DNA of 64,000 bases from Octopus bimaculoides (taxonomy: Eukaryota), in the NCBI RefSeq assembly GCF_001194135.2, contig NC_068984.1:34560409-34624408 (forward strand). The letters run 5' to 3'. Shown here piece after piece: positions 51,326 to 64,000 of the stretch. How positions within the stretch are numbered: the stretch's first letter is position 1; each line of letters begins with the position of its first letter. A program made the position numbers and the translations under genes. The notes beneath the pieces were generated by a model, which was not told the DNA's origin, made no database searches, and saw only the letters and a program-made list of their open reading frames with translations.

Positions 51326-52896
51326 CTATCTATTTATCTATCTGCTTGTCTATTTATCAATCTGTATGTATGCCTGTATGTATACACATAATGATATAGG
51401 CATATATATTTATACTCATATACACACCAATACGTGTTTTTATAGTACTGTCAGTCTCACTTTCTCTTACAATTATTCACATCCTGTCTTTCCTGACATT
51501 AATATGAGATAAGTAAGTGAGCAAAGACATTTCCTTGTTGAGGTTTAATAAACTGATAGATGGTAGAGAAGAAACATTTTATTAGATGACAAATGTTCAA
51601 AAGCAAAGGTATCCATTTAAAATGAAATGCATTGGTGGAAAAGATTTGCCTTCTCTTTATAGCATAGAACGTGGCCATATTTTCCCCATGCAACGACATG
51701 TATGTAGGTTCCCGTAGCATCATATTTCCTGTGATGAATGGCACACATAGAAAGAATAACAAATGAATTTATGTGTTTTCATTCCCTAATAAATCCATTT
51801 TGGAGTGCATCATGATAGAAGAAGCTATGTCGGAAAAGTTAAATTAGATACCAGAAAAATATAAGATAAATCCCGAAACACTTGTAGTTTATACCTAAAT
51901 GCTGCATGCTAGCATGGAAAAATACGGATAAACTGCAGATTTCACCATCGTGCGCCTAATTCAATATATTAAGTATCACTCTTTAAGCCTAGACGGGTTT
52001 GAATAAATATATCTGAAGTAGCCATACAACACCAGTGATAAAGAAATAGAACCATTTAAGGAAGACACATCATGCATTTCAACAGTCCATGAAAATACAA
52101 TTTCAATATATACTGCGAACGGCAGAAGCCATGGAACAATTGTTTTGAAGCATGCACAGAAATTAGTGCAGCATTTAAACTGGAAAACAAAGATAGAAAA
52201 CCAATACCTCGTACATCTATATGAAGCCTACCAACTATCATTGACAAAAGTGGTTACCAGTGACATTTACCCAACATCACAGCGCATCTACGGCTGGACA
52301 TACAACAACCCAAATGGTCATTTCATGTGCACACGTACAATATGTATGGCAACTGCAGCAACGCAGTTAAAGAAATGTAACTGATGTAGAAACATACCAA
52401 AGTTTGATGTGATTCGGAATTATAGTAAGTGGTCATGCTGGGGTCACCATGTATATACGGGCATATATCACTTCCTGAATTATACTAGTGCAATTAAGTG
52501 AATTGCGATACACAAATAGCAATGTAAAGAAGATTGATGTTATACGTATAATTCTTTGTCCACTCAGTGCCTCAAATGTTGATGATAAACTTCGGAAGAT
52601 TCTCAGGAATACAAATGAGATATTGAAAATATATGAACAAAACATCCATGGCTAGATTTTTGTCTTCTTATTCCAATTCACAAGTCATTACAATCTTTTG
52701 AGAATTCTTTATATCTGACCGATAACCGTTATCCAATGCATCACTAAATCTTTGACATATATTGATTTATGTATGTACATCTATCTATCTCTCTCTCTCT
52801 GTATATATACATATACACACATATATATATAGATATAAACATATAGATATACACACACATATATACATACATACATACAAACATACAGACACACAG

Positions 52897-52930
<34 letters not shown>

Positions 52931-53169
52931 CCCCCCACACACACACATATATGTATATATATATGTATGCATATATATGTAACGGTAAGATCCAAGGATC
53001 AAGGTGTAGGAAGTTAGTAAGCTTCAAGCGGTGTGTAGAAGATAAATAAAGCAACTTTCAGGAGCAATAGTTGTTTATTGGCGCAGTAGTTTTTAAACGT
53101 TTTCCTGTATCGAAGTACGATAAGCAAAAGAGAGTTTATGTTATACTTTACAGTTTATGACTGGGATTA

Positions 53170-53445
53170 CTATATGTGGCTATTACAATTCACAACAGAA
53201 CTTGTGTAAAATGTGGAAGGGTATGCCTCTCAGCTGGAGGTCTGAAAAGACACATTAGGAGACTGCATATGATGGCACTTGTTTCTCCTTCCAGCCAGCA
53301 AAACTATGCAGCTTGTAATAAATTGTGTAAAACTTTGACTGGGCTTAAAATTCATACGACGACATAACATAACATCAATAAGGAATCATTTCACTAAATA
53401 TTTTGGCAATGGCTCTTCTAGTGTAACGAGGGTGTAGCTATGATA
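53170..53445 (+). mobile_element. Probable RTE-type LINE 3' end with two C2H2-like fingers
   Basis: CVKCGRVCLSAGGLKRHIRRLH ... ACNKLCKTLTGLKIH*, then a short UTR and (TA)n. The C-x2-CGR-x-C-x-S-x2-GL-x2-H pattern is typical of RTE ORF C-termini. Confidence 0.5.
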
Positions 53446-53782
53446 TATATATATACAATAGATCAAGATTCGAGTGATTCAGGCACATAAATGGAAACGT
53501 ACAGGGCAGAAAAATAAAATGTGTACGCAAAAAAACTTGTCATACATACGTGTGTACTGAAATACACGCAGACAACGTTCTCTTCTAATGATTCAATGTC
53601 TCCAATAATCACTTAATTCGTTGGAAATAGTTGTAGCGGATTGACATATCACCCATCTGTTGTCATATATATAGTATAATGTTGTTGGCAAAATCTTGAC
53701 AGTTTTAATAATTGGGATATTAGCGCTTTCGTTCAAAACGTCGATTGATTCGACTGCTAAATGTCAAACCCAAGCACTTCCA

Positions 53783-54817
53783 TCTTTATACTCTAGAGTA
53801 AATGTCTTGTAATTACCAACTTAAAAGTTGATGTTTCGCATTGCGTTTTTTGCAGATGAAACATTGGCCCTGTTGGAGGCATTTCCATATTTAATCATTA
53901 TACTTCGTAGTAGGGGTTCTGAATGGGAGCGAAAGATGCCAGACGACCACCAAAAATGGCAGTGCAAAAGTTTTCGGCCATCTCACATAAACCAATCACG
54001 AGACATTTTAGCAATTATTGGAAAGCAAAACGACCCACGTTACACGACAGACACAGTGAAGTTTCGAGGGAAGAGTCTGATGCTTTGGGGATGCATAAAA
54101 AAAGTGATGTCTTAAGAAACTTGGCTAAAATTGACGGTAAATACATCCAGGTGCTGAAGGACGATTCGATACCAGACATGGATGAAGATGAAACTTTTCA
54201 TCGTGAAGGAGCTCCGTACTACAGATTGCGTGCAACACAACAGAGTCTGGCTCATGGAGGTGTTACGGTACTGAAAGATTGGCCAGCTCAAAGCCCTGAC
54301 TTGAATATCATCGAGCAAACGTGGACAAATATAAAGAGAAGAGTTCGTCATAAGAATTTGCGTAATCATGTATTAAAGAGTTGTAGGATCTCAGCCACAG
54401 AGAATGGCATCTCATACCTGTGAAGATGGCGAAGGATTTGTACGCATCTCTTCCCAAGCACATTGAAACAATTATTCAAGCTAAGGGAGGCCACACTAGA
54501 TATAAGGAAATGAACAGTAACTTCTTGAAAGGGACATCAATAATAAGTTTTCATTATATACATTTTTTTCTGTTGTTGATTGGTTTAAAGAAGGTGACCG
54601 AAAACTTTTGTACGGCCATTTTGTGGGGGGTCATCTCGCATCTTCGCCTCTCGTTCAGAACCCCAACTATAAAATATAATGATTAGGTATGGAAATGACT
54701 CCAACATTGCCAATATTTCATCTGTAAAAAATGCATTGCGAAACATCCACTTATAAGTTGACAATTAGTAGAAATTTACAATAGTTTAAAGAGGCCGAAG
54801 ACTTTTTCACAGTACTG
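53783..54817 (+). mobile_element. Tc1-family DNA transposon, IR/DR type, internally deleted
   Basis: Long imperfect TIRs 53783-53998 and 54578-54817; the right end is cagtactg|TA. Transposase remnants TVKFRGKSLMLWGCI, YIQVLKD, GAPYYR, DWPAQSPDLNIIEQTW, DLYASLPKHIETIIQAKGGHTRY. Confidence 0.92.
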
Positions 54818-55697
54818 TATCTATATTATATATGAGTGACTATGCATATGATTCTTACTTCTGCTGTTCTTTTGCTGTTAACCATAAGAGATCTCATTTA
54901 CGGATACTATCTGTGAAACTGAGTGCCTGTCTGGGAAATTGGGAACATTTCATCAATCAACATGCATCCCAGTCTACATTATTTAGTGTATTCATTAATC
55001 TGTAAGAACAGAGTTACCCCTCACTCACTTTTTGTCGAGCAATTTTTGTCAAGAGCGCAGAGGCAAAAATGAGAAGAGCAAAGAAACTTTCGACCATGAT
55101 ATTTAGGTTAGGCTTCTATATACACAACTGAATATTTTGCTCATTTCAATTAGGACGGAATAAATTATATATGAAACTTTTGCAATTAGTGGTTTTCATT
55201 CGTATGTCACTCAACATATTCTATATACCTGTCACTTTCGTAAATGTGTGTATTTGTTTAAGATTGTGCAAAATGAATATATTTTATGACGAACGGTAAG
55301 ATTTATTGACTAACTGGAATGAGAATTGCAAACTTTTAATTGGAAATCAAATTACAACTTCTTGTTTTGAAGGGAAATTAAAGATTAGTTACAGATGACA
55401 GATAAATTAAAAGCTTCCTATATTAGAAACGTTAAAGAACAGAAGTTAAAGTATTTAAGTTATTTTTACCATTATCTTATTCATCACGATCATCATCACA
55501 ATCATCATCGTAACGATGATCAACAACGTAAATATTTCATGCGTTTCTTTATACTAGCAACAATTGGATGATTTTTACGCAATACTTTTGAATCCCATCC
55601 CGTTTACCGTAGATAATCATGTGGTAGGCACATTGAAACAACCAAGGAATACACGGAATAAATTTCATATTGACTTTTAGTTGTTAATGGTTTCGAA

Positions 55698-55792
55698 TTT
55701 TGGCACAAATCCTGCAATTTCGGGAAAGGTGATACCGATGTCCAAATGTTTCGCTCGGCGTGCTAATGAATTCAGCCTGCATGCCGCCTTAG
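55698..55792 (-). mobile_element. SINE family A copy with large internal deletion
   Basis: ttttggcacaaatcctgcaatttcggg joined to tttcgctcggcgtgctaatg..ccgcctt. Confidence 0.65.
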
Positions 55793-55967
55793 TGCACGAA
55801 GAAATATATTGTTACGAATCTAGATTCATAGTTTAATCGGAGAAATTAACACAAGCACACGTCCCCTCCCAACACGTATATACAATGTACTATTTCATGG
55901 GATCAACACAAAAGAATTCCATTCAGTAGGTGATAAATATGCAACATTCCCAATATTTCGATGCATT

Positions 55968-56017
55968 AAGTATTTTTCCGACAGTTAATACTGAAATACT
56001 GATGAACAATACACACA

Positions 56018-56056
<39 letters not shown>

Positions 56057-56369
56057 AATACACACACACACACACANNNNNNNNNNNNNNNNNNNNNNNN
56101 NNNNNNNNNNNNNNNNNNNNNNNNNNNNNNNNNNNNNNNNNNNNNNNNNNNNNNNNNNNNNNNNNNNNNNNNNNNNNNNNNNNNNNNNNNNNNNNNNNNN
56201 NNNNNNNNNNNNNNNNNNNNNNNNNNNNNNNNNNNNNNNNNNNNNNNNNNNNNNNNNNNNNNNNNNNNNNNNNNNNNNNNNNNNNNNNNNNNNNNNNNNN
56301 NNNNNNNNNNNNNNNNNNNNNNNNNNNNNNNNNNNNNNNNNNNNNNNNNNNNNNNNNNNNNNNNNNNNN

Positions 56370-56410
<41 letters not shown>

Positions 56411-56443
56411 TGTTCGGTATTAACTGTCGGAAAAAATGTACTT
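55968..56443. repeat. Inverted-repeat (foldback/MITE-like) unit with (CA)n/(TG)n arms around a gap
   Basis: Left aagtatttttccgacagttaatac..gaacaatacacac versus right gtgtgtattgttcggtattaactgtcggaaaaaatgtactt. Confidence 0.75.
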
Positions 56444-59400
56444 TATACTCTGGTAGAGATTAATGATATTCCACTTTGGTCGAGTGAGCCTAGAGGAGAA
56501 ACTCCTGTAACAAAAGTAACAAGAGACTGACTCGGCACAACTGTCAACTCGCAAGCTGGATATAAATCATGTATTTCTAGAGCCAATCAAAATCAGTTTA
56601 GGTTATTTTATCATACATGAAACTGTTTGTCTTATGTACAAATAATTTACGACCAGTACATGCATATGATAATTCAAGTGAGTCAACTCTGACATGCGCT
56701 AACTTGCACATATGACAAACCATTTGTTTCAATAATTCCAGTTTGACGCCAACTCAAAAGTTTTAGCTTATATTAATAATTATAATATATAAAATCTGTT
56801 ATGTACTACTGCTATTGTTTAACCCCGGGCCAGCCATCATCGAAAACTATGCTCAAAAGTATTCAAAAAGTATAAAGGAATGCATTTTTCCACTGTACGT
56901 TTAGAATAATTTTAAAAGGCAGGGTGTTATTTTAGCGTGATTTAGCTGATAATTTGGGTACATTCATGTTGACATAGAAGATCGACCATTTGATCGTAAA
57001 GTATTAGATGTATCGATTACATGCATATTTAGTCTTTACGACTTCGTGTCGTTTATGCGTCTGTGAGTGTAATTAGATGTCAGAGTTAAATCGTTGTGAC
57101 TGAGAAGGTAACCCGAAAACGAAAGAATAGTTGGTTTCACCGAGGACTTATTTTACATTTTCACTAATCTCGTCTTTGCTAGTGACTTCGCGACACTCTG
57201 AAAGAAATATTTGTTTTTTTTTTTATCGTTAGCTGCAAAACAATTAACTGTATTCCCAATGCATACTATTGAGACTTACATGTTTATCAATCTTACTTTA
57301 TATATTTACGTTTAAAGATAATTAGCTCATCGAATGCTTGGACAAATTTCTATGACAAACTTATATAAGTATATAAAAGGAAATGTGAGTGTGTCTTTTC
57401 ATATACACAGTAATACCTGTGCACGACATCATATGACTGCACGCTTTAAAAACGATGTAAATATTGAATGAATCGTGGATACACAGTATCACGAAAAAAA
57501 AAAACACACATTAAAATCTCCGTTTGAGCAAATATTATCACATGTCTCGTCACGATTAATTGGGATTATAAAACAAAAGGACACATGAATCTATCCAAAA
57601 AAAGACACATGAGTATTAATCATCCATTGTAGTACTTTGATCGCTATGACAAGCACTAATAATATGTAGATATTACTACACCAGCGAAGGAATTAAAGTA
57701 GAAACACTGTGTAAAATACATTAGAACGTGATACATATTGTTGTTTATTTTACCCGCACCATTTCAATTTCATTTACTCAATGTCAGTAAAATAATCGCT
57801 AGTAAGTCACCATAACTGACTCAACCGCCTATACTTTCTCTCCAACGGACTGGTGACCTCCTGACATTGGTAGAAATAATCATTCGCATTATTATGATAA
57901 CCATCACGAAATACACCAGCCCTCCCTTCAGCATCTCCACATAAGCATCACGATAAACAGCAAACAACTAAATCCGCATTAACATCATCGTAAAAGATTT
58001 TAAACTTCAACACCACCAGCACTATAATTTTGAAGCAGTTATTTTCAATATTATTATTGTTGTTCATGGTAATATTTATAGTTGTTGCCGGTGTAGTCGT
58101 AGTAGCAGCAGCAGTCATTAAAAATTGCATTTCTTTAATCATGGGTAATTTTATATTCTTTATTATCGTGTACATTAAATTCTATTCTCAAACCAATTTA
58201 GTTTGATGTTTACATAAAATACGGACGTTAATGAATAGAAATAAATAAATAAATAAACAAATAATTAAATAAATAAATAAATAAATGAATAAATAAATAA
58301 AGAAATGAAAGTCATAGCAGGAAAGACAAAAGGAAAAAATTGTTACAAAATGAGGTTTTGTTTTCTTTTTGTGGTTAGCAATATCTTTGCTCTCTTACTN
58401 NNNNNNNNNNNNNNNNNNNNNNNNNNNNNNNNNNNNNNNNNNNNNNNNNNNNNNNNNNNNNNNNNNNNNNNNNNNNNNNNNNNNNNNNNNNNNNNNNNNN
58501 NNNNNNNNNNNNNNNNNNNNNNNNNNNNNNNNNNNNNNNNNNNNNNNNNNNNNNNNNNNNNNNNNNNNNNNNNNNNNNNNNNNNNNNNNNNNNNNNNNNN
58601 NNNNNNNNNNNNNNNNNNNNNNNNNNNNNNNNNNNNNNNNNNNNNNNNNNNNNNNNNNNNNNNNNNNNNNNNNNNNNNNNNNNNNNNNNNNNNNNNNNNN
58701 NNNNNNNNNNNNNNNNNNNNNNNNNNNNNNNNNNNNNNNNNNNNNNNNNNNNNNNNNNNNNNNNNNNNNNNNNNNNNNNNNNNNNNNNNNNNNNNNNNNN
58801 NNNNNNNNNNNNNNNNNNNNNNNNNNNNNNNNNNNNNNNNNNNNNNNNNNNNNNNNNNNNATATATATATATATATATAGGCGTCTGTGCGCTAGTATCG
58901 ATATATGCGTGTCACTATGTGTGCTACACGTTGTGTATGAATAGTCGTTTTACTCATCTGCATAAAAATCTAATTTTGAAAGCAATTGATTCGTAATGTT
59001 TGAGTATCCAACCCATTTTAGATAATTTACTGCACAATCATGATTAAAATCTTTAATGGCTGCCAGTTGTAAATATACAACTCTTTACGTTGTTTGATTG
59101 TAAAACCTCATAACGGATTCAAAGTAAATGAGAAATAGTTGCATTTCATTCGGAAAACAATGCTTTATTTAAGAACATCTAAATATGTATGACTTACTAT
59201 TGTTACCATTTGCCGTTTCTCGTGGAGAGAACGCTAATAAATATACATATATAATGACAAAAAAGTTTACTGTGACAAAACTAAATATAAGAAACATCAC
59301 ATAAAATACAAGAACAATTGAAAGAAGATACGAGATACGAAAGAAAAAAAGACAACAACAGGAAAAAAGAAAGAAGGGAGAAAAAGTTGGACGAGATGAG

Positions 59401-59489
59401 AAAAGAGAAAAATAAGAAGCTGAATAAAAATAAAAAAGTAAGCAATAATATAAAAAGATAAAAAACGTTTACCATTATTGAATCTAATA

Positions 59490-60000
59490 ACGATGATAAT
59501 GAGAATAATAATATTACTAATAATACTGAAAATGATACTACTACTGGAGATGATAATGATGATGATTATGATGACAACGATGATGTTGATGATGATGATA
59601 ATGATGATGATGATGAGGAGGAGGAGGAGGAGGAAGAGGAGAGGATGTCCTCGATGATCTTCACGATGACGACATAAATATAAGTTTGGGGGGGGGAGGA
59701 AGATTATTAATGTTACAATGGCCGTGATGATGATAACGACGACGGTGAATTGCTGATGATGAAGATGATGTTGATGCTGGTGCTGATGACGACGCTGAAG
59801 ATAATGATGCGGATATTGATACGACGACGAAGATGAAGACGACGACGACAACGACGATGTCGACGACAACCACAATGATGTTGGTGATCATGATGGTGAA
59901 GCGGTTGCTGACGAGGACGATGAAGTGATGCTGCTGCTGCTGCTGATGATGATGATGATGACGACGACGACGACAACGGCGACGACGACGACGACGATGA
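59490..60000. repeat. Degenerate (GAT/GAC/GAG)n cryptic trinucleotide region
   Basis: Direct reading. The phase shifts several times. Confidence 0.85.
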
Positions 60001-60519
60001 CAGTGCTATTATTGTTGCTGATAAGTAAGAAGAGAAAGCAGTTTCGATATGGTAATGATGCTACATGATGACAAACACAAATTGAACCGCCAAGAAAAAT
60101 AAAGAACGTGCGAACGTTGAATGTAAAAAAAAAAAGAAGTAAAAACAGAGAAGAACATGAATGGAAAAAGAACTGCAACATCACTAACCGAAACAACACT
60201 AACAAATAGAGAAAACAAGCAAGATGTATCTTCGAATCGAAAATAAGATCCGCAAGAAACCTAACAGTTGATTTCACGACAGAAATAAGTAAGAAAATTA
60301 AAGAGTACAAAGAAATCAAAAAAAATAGTTTGTGACTGATGATTAGATAGCTAAAGTGACAAATTATGCAGATTGCATGCAATTTTATAACTAATGATGA
60401 TGAATTTGTATTCGAAATCTGGAATAGTAATTGCGTACAGACAAGTTGCATACAACAAATACAACGAATAATAAGAAACATATATTATTGTAATTGTTGT
60501 TGTTCCTGTTACCACAATC

Positions 60520-60680
60520 ATGATGATCATGATTACCATCATCACCACCACCACCACCATCCCCATCACCACCTCCACCACCACCAACATCACAACCACC
60601 ACCACCAACAACAACAACAACGACACCATCATCATAATCTTCATCATCATCCTCAACATCTTCATCGTCATTCATCGGAT
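60520..60680. repeat. Degenerate (CAT/CAC/CAA)n region
   Basis: Direct reading. Confidence 0.85.
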
Positions 60681-61061
60681 GATCAACTAAGATGGACGAA
60701 AATGTAATTTGAAATATAAGTAGAAATGTTTTCAAAATTTTATTTTACGATCTTGAATAATTAAAGGTTCCTAAAATTGTTAGCAATAGAATATTTGTGT
60801 GTGTGTGTGTATAATTATATGTTGCGATTGGTAAACAATAACTTATCTGCTGACAAGTTTACTATGAACCAATAAGTACTAGATTTTCACTTTCGAAAGC
60901 AAACTTAACACGAGATAGGCTGATGAAGTAAATGCAGAAGAATTATGAGCAGTGACTTCGTAAAAATACACCTGCTTTTCTATCTTCTTCATATTCTCAC
61001 TCTGCGCCAAATAGCACCGAAGAAAAATGCATACAAACATTATATTTATGTATATATGTGC

Positions 61062-61446
61062 CTGTTCGCACTCCGTCGGTGACGACGACGAGTGTTCCTG
61101 TTGAAACCATCAACGGAACAGCCTGCTCGTGAAATTAAAGTGCAAGTGGCTGGGCACTCCACAGACACGTGTACCCATAACGTAGTTCTCGGAGGAGATT
61201 CAGCGTGACACAGAGTGTGACAAGATTGGCTTTTTCAAATACAGGTACAACAGAAACAGGAAGTAAGAGTGAGAAAAAGTTATGGTGAAAGAGTACAGCA
61301 GGGATCGCCACCACCCACTGCCTGAACCTCGTGGAGCTTTAGGTGTTTTCGCGCAATGAACACTCACAGCGCCCGGTCTGGGTATCGAAACCGCGATCCT
61401 ACGACCTCGAGTCCGCTGCCCTAACCACTGGGCTATTGCGCATCCA
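61062..61446 (-). mobile_element. tRNA-derived SINE family C (tail type 2)
   Basis: Minus strand: TAGCCCAGTGGTTAG A-box, GGTTTCGATACC B-box, and a body homologous to 3703-3895, followed by an unrelated ~190-bp tail ending ...ctcgtcgtcgtcaccgacggagtgcgaaca. Confidence 0.88.
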
Positions 61447-63539
61447 CATGTACCTAAATATATATAATGCATAAATACACGCATAAGTATATACACACAA
61501 ATTTTACTGATAACTTGTAACCTAGTATAATCTCGCAAAGCTTACTAGATGAAATGTGTATTCTGGAAACCCTGGGAGATGAAACAATTCCGTCAAAATG
61601 TAGAGGTACTCATAAGAGTCAGCTGCCATTCAATAATGTATACATTGAGAAGGTAAGGTCAATGACGAAAAGTCCCCGAGCTAGGGTCATGCTGAAATTC
61701 TGAGGAACGGAATGGGGGTTGTGAAGTTGGATGCATTGTTGTTTATTTGACATATGATCTTCATCCGGCGAAACTACATGACAAACTGTGGGCGGAAGAG
61801 ACTTTTCAGCCAATGGTCAAGATAGTGTCAAACCAGTTTTCAGATAACTAACAGTTGATAGAGCTGTGTGATTCCTCAACTCACATTGCTACTGCTGTTA
61901 CGGGAACGTTTTGTGTTGTTTTTTTTTTGTGCTGGATGGGAGTGCTGGACTCCCTGTTCGAAAATATAAGGACATACATATTGTGTCGTATAGCCAGCTG
62001 GAAACGATGTTTCCTGGGACTAAACAACAGTAGCAATCTTCCTTTCCAGGACAGCCATATCATGCTGGCGAATAGCCTTTACTTTAAAGGACTGTTACTG
62101 AATATCTCTGTTTGAGAGATTTAGAAATAATAATATTTCTATTATATATATATATATATNNNNNNNNNNNNNNNNNNNNNNNNNNNNNNNNNNNNNNNNN
62201 NNNNNNNNNNNNNNNNNNNNNNNNNNNNNNNNNNNNNNNNNNNNNNNNNNNNNNNNNNNNNNNNNNNNNNNNNNNNNNNNNNNNNNNNNNNNNNNNNNNN
62301 NNNNNNNNNNNNNNNNNNNNNNNNNNNNNNNNNNNNNNNNNNNNNNNNNNNNNNNNNNNNNNNNNNNNNNNNNNNNNNNNNNNNNNNNNNNNNNNNNNNN
62401 NNNNNNNNNNNNNNNNNNNNNNNNNNNNNNNNNNNNNNNNNNNNNNNNNNNNNNNNNNNNNNNNNNNNNNNNNNNNNNNNNNNNNNNNNNNNNNNNNNNN
62501 NNNNNNNNNNNNNNNNNNNNNNNNNNNNNNNNNNNNNNNNNNNNNNNNNNNNNNNNNNNNNNNNNNNNNNNNNNNNNNNNNNNNNNNNNNNNNNNNNNNN
62601 NNNNNNNNNNNNNNNNNNNNNNNNNNNNNNNNNNNNNNNNNNNNNNNNNNNNNNNNNNNNNNNNNNNNNNNNNNNNNNNNNNNNNNNNNNNNNNNNNNNN
62701 NNNNNNNNNNNNNNNNNNNNNNNNNNNNNNNNNNNNNNNNNNNNNNNNNNNNNNNNNNNNNNNNNNNNNNNNNNNNNNNNNNNNNNNNNNNNNNNNNNNN
62801 NNNNNNNNNNNNNNNNNNNNNNNNNNNNNNNNNNNNNNNNNNNNNNNNNNNNNNNNNNNNNNNNNNNNNNNNNNNNNNNNNNNNNNNNNNNNNNNNNNNN
62901 NNNNNNNNNNNNNNNNNNNNNNNNNNNNNNNNNNNNNNNNNNNNNNNNNNNNNNNNNNNNNNNNNNNNNNNNNNNNNNNNNNNNNNNNNNNNNNNNNNNN
63001 NNNNNNNNNNNNNNNNNNNNNNNNNNNNNNNNNNNNNNNNNNNNNNNNNNNNNNNNNNNNNNNNNNNNNNNNNNNNNNNNNNNNNNNNNNNNNNNNNNNN
63101 NNNNNNNNNNNNNNNNNNNNATATATATGTATATATATATACATGACTAAATGTGATTTGTGTGTCTGTCTATTTTTTTCTTCTATATCCAATAATATTT
63201 GGTGATCTGTAAACATCGGAGACACTGAGTGTTCAGTACCTCAATGTCAAGTGGTGGCGGGGGTTAGAAAACAATTATTGGTCGTAAGTATACGGCGTGT
63301 TTCATGTGCCTGAATCCGAGTAAGTGGTAGTACGCAAACTATTAGAACAAAATTTGGCCCTGTTTAGGTGTTCTATGATTTATGTGCTATGCGGACACTA
63401 GCCGTTAGACTAGCTTAGGTTTTCTTTTGAAACGAAAAAATATCTAAATAAATAGCTCTATGTATTTGTACACATGCGTAAGTTTGTGCGCGTTTGCGTA
63501 TGGTGTGTTCGTGCATTGTACCACGAAACAACTTACGCC

Positions 63540-63740
63540 CTTCAGAAAAGGATACGTTATTTCAAAGTGCAGAGATGTAACAGCCTCCAAGTATCACATG
63601 TATAAGATCCACTTAGTGAAACGATGGGAGAGCGAACAAGGTGATTATATACGTTCCTGATTATGTAGGCATCTAACCGACCAATTAACGAATTGTGGGA
63701 CATGTTATCACGCTTAAATCGTTCAGAGTAACTGCTAGTT
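63540..63740 (-). mobile_element. Possible decayed mariner transposase fragment
   Basis: RDNMSHNSL...NHLVRSPIVS...LK loosely follows mariner HDNA-x-PH...PHP-x-YSPDLAP...LK spacing. Confidence 0.3.
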
Positions 63741-63901
63741 CTGCATGTACACTCATGAATGTTACATATCATATATACATGGCCACATACATACATATCA
63801 CATACATTAATGAAACTGCTATTTGTATATCTACATCAGATTCTCTTTTCCATAATCACTCGAATATCGGAAACGAGGACATACAGGAGTGATTACTGAA
63901 G

Positions 63902-63904
<3 letters not shown>

Positions 63905-63999
<95 letters not shown>

Positions 64000-64000
64000 A
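63905..64000. repeat. (CA)n then (TA)n
   Basis: Direct reading. Confidence 0.95.

Noticed and set aside
51600-51730. Missing upstream Ig exon (minus strand HVVAWGKYGHVLC after an AG)
   Set aside because: Gly-Cys spacing fits by chance, but there is no P-x-F A-strand, no C-x-V and no phase-0 donor before the stop.
52056-52740. CR1/L2 RT remnant
   Set aside because: Only isolated words (FHGFCR, IPIHK) on opposite strands, which is not enough to call.
59500-60000. Asp-rich, shell-matrix-like protein
   Set aside because: The Asp frame shifts several times and contains stops, with no splice signals or signal peptide. It is best explained as decayed (GAT)n.

Overview
Eukaryotic, AT-rich, microsatellite-dense scaffold with about 17 N-gaps, most of them next to simple repeats. 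The SINE and LINE repertoire points to an octopus (coleoid cephalopod) genome, which is an inference. There is no prokaryotic operon or CRISPR array, and almost all ORF-track entries are repeat or gap artefacts. The only host-gene exon I can support is a 205-bp minus-strand exon (4351-4555) encoding most of a V-type Ig domain of the lachesin/DIP/IgLON group, so the window is probably mostly one very large intron. It holds at least 11 fragments of R4/Dong-type (restriction-like endonuclease) non-LTR retrotransposons stacked in (AAT)n arrays, three tRNA-like SINE families, a Tx1/L1 remnant, RTE remnants and an IR/DR Tc1 deletion derivative. The main leads are two well-formed and one decayed minimal hammerhead-ribozyme motifs of the Penelope type (7555-7602, 35340-35385, 9141-9195). 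The first ends an odd composite element (6060-7690) that joins an R4/Dong-like N-terminal domain to a hammerhead-bearing end, with no RT or endonuclease between them.
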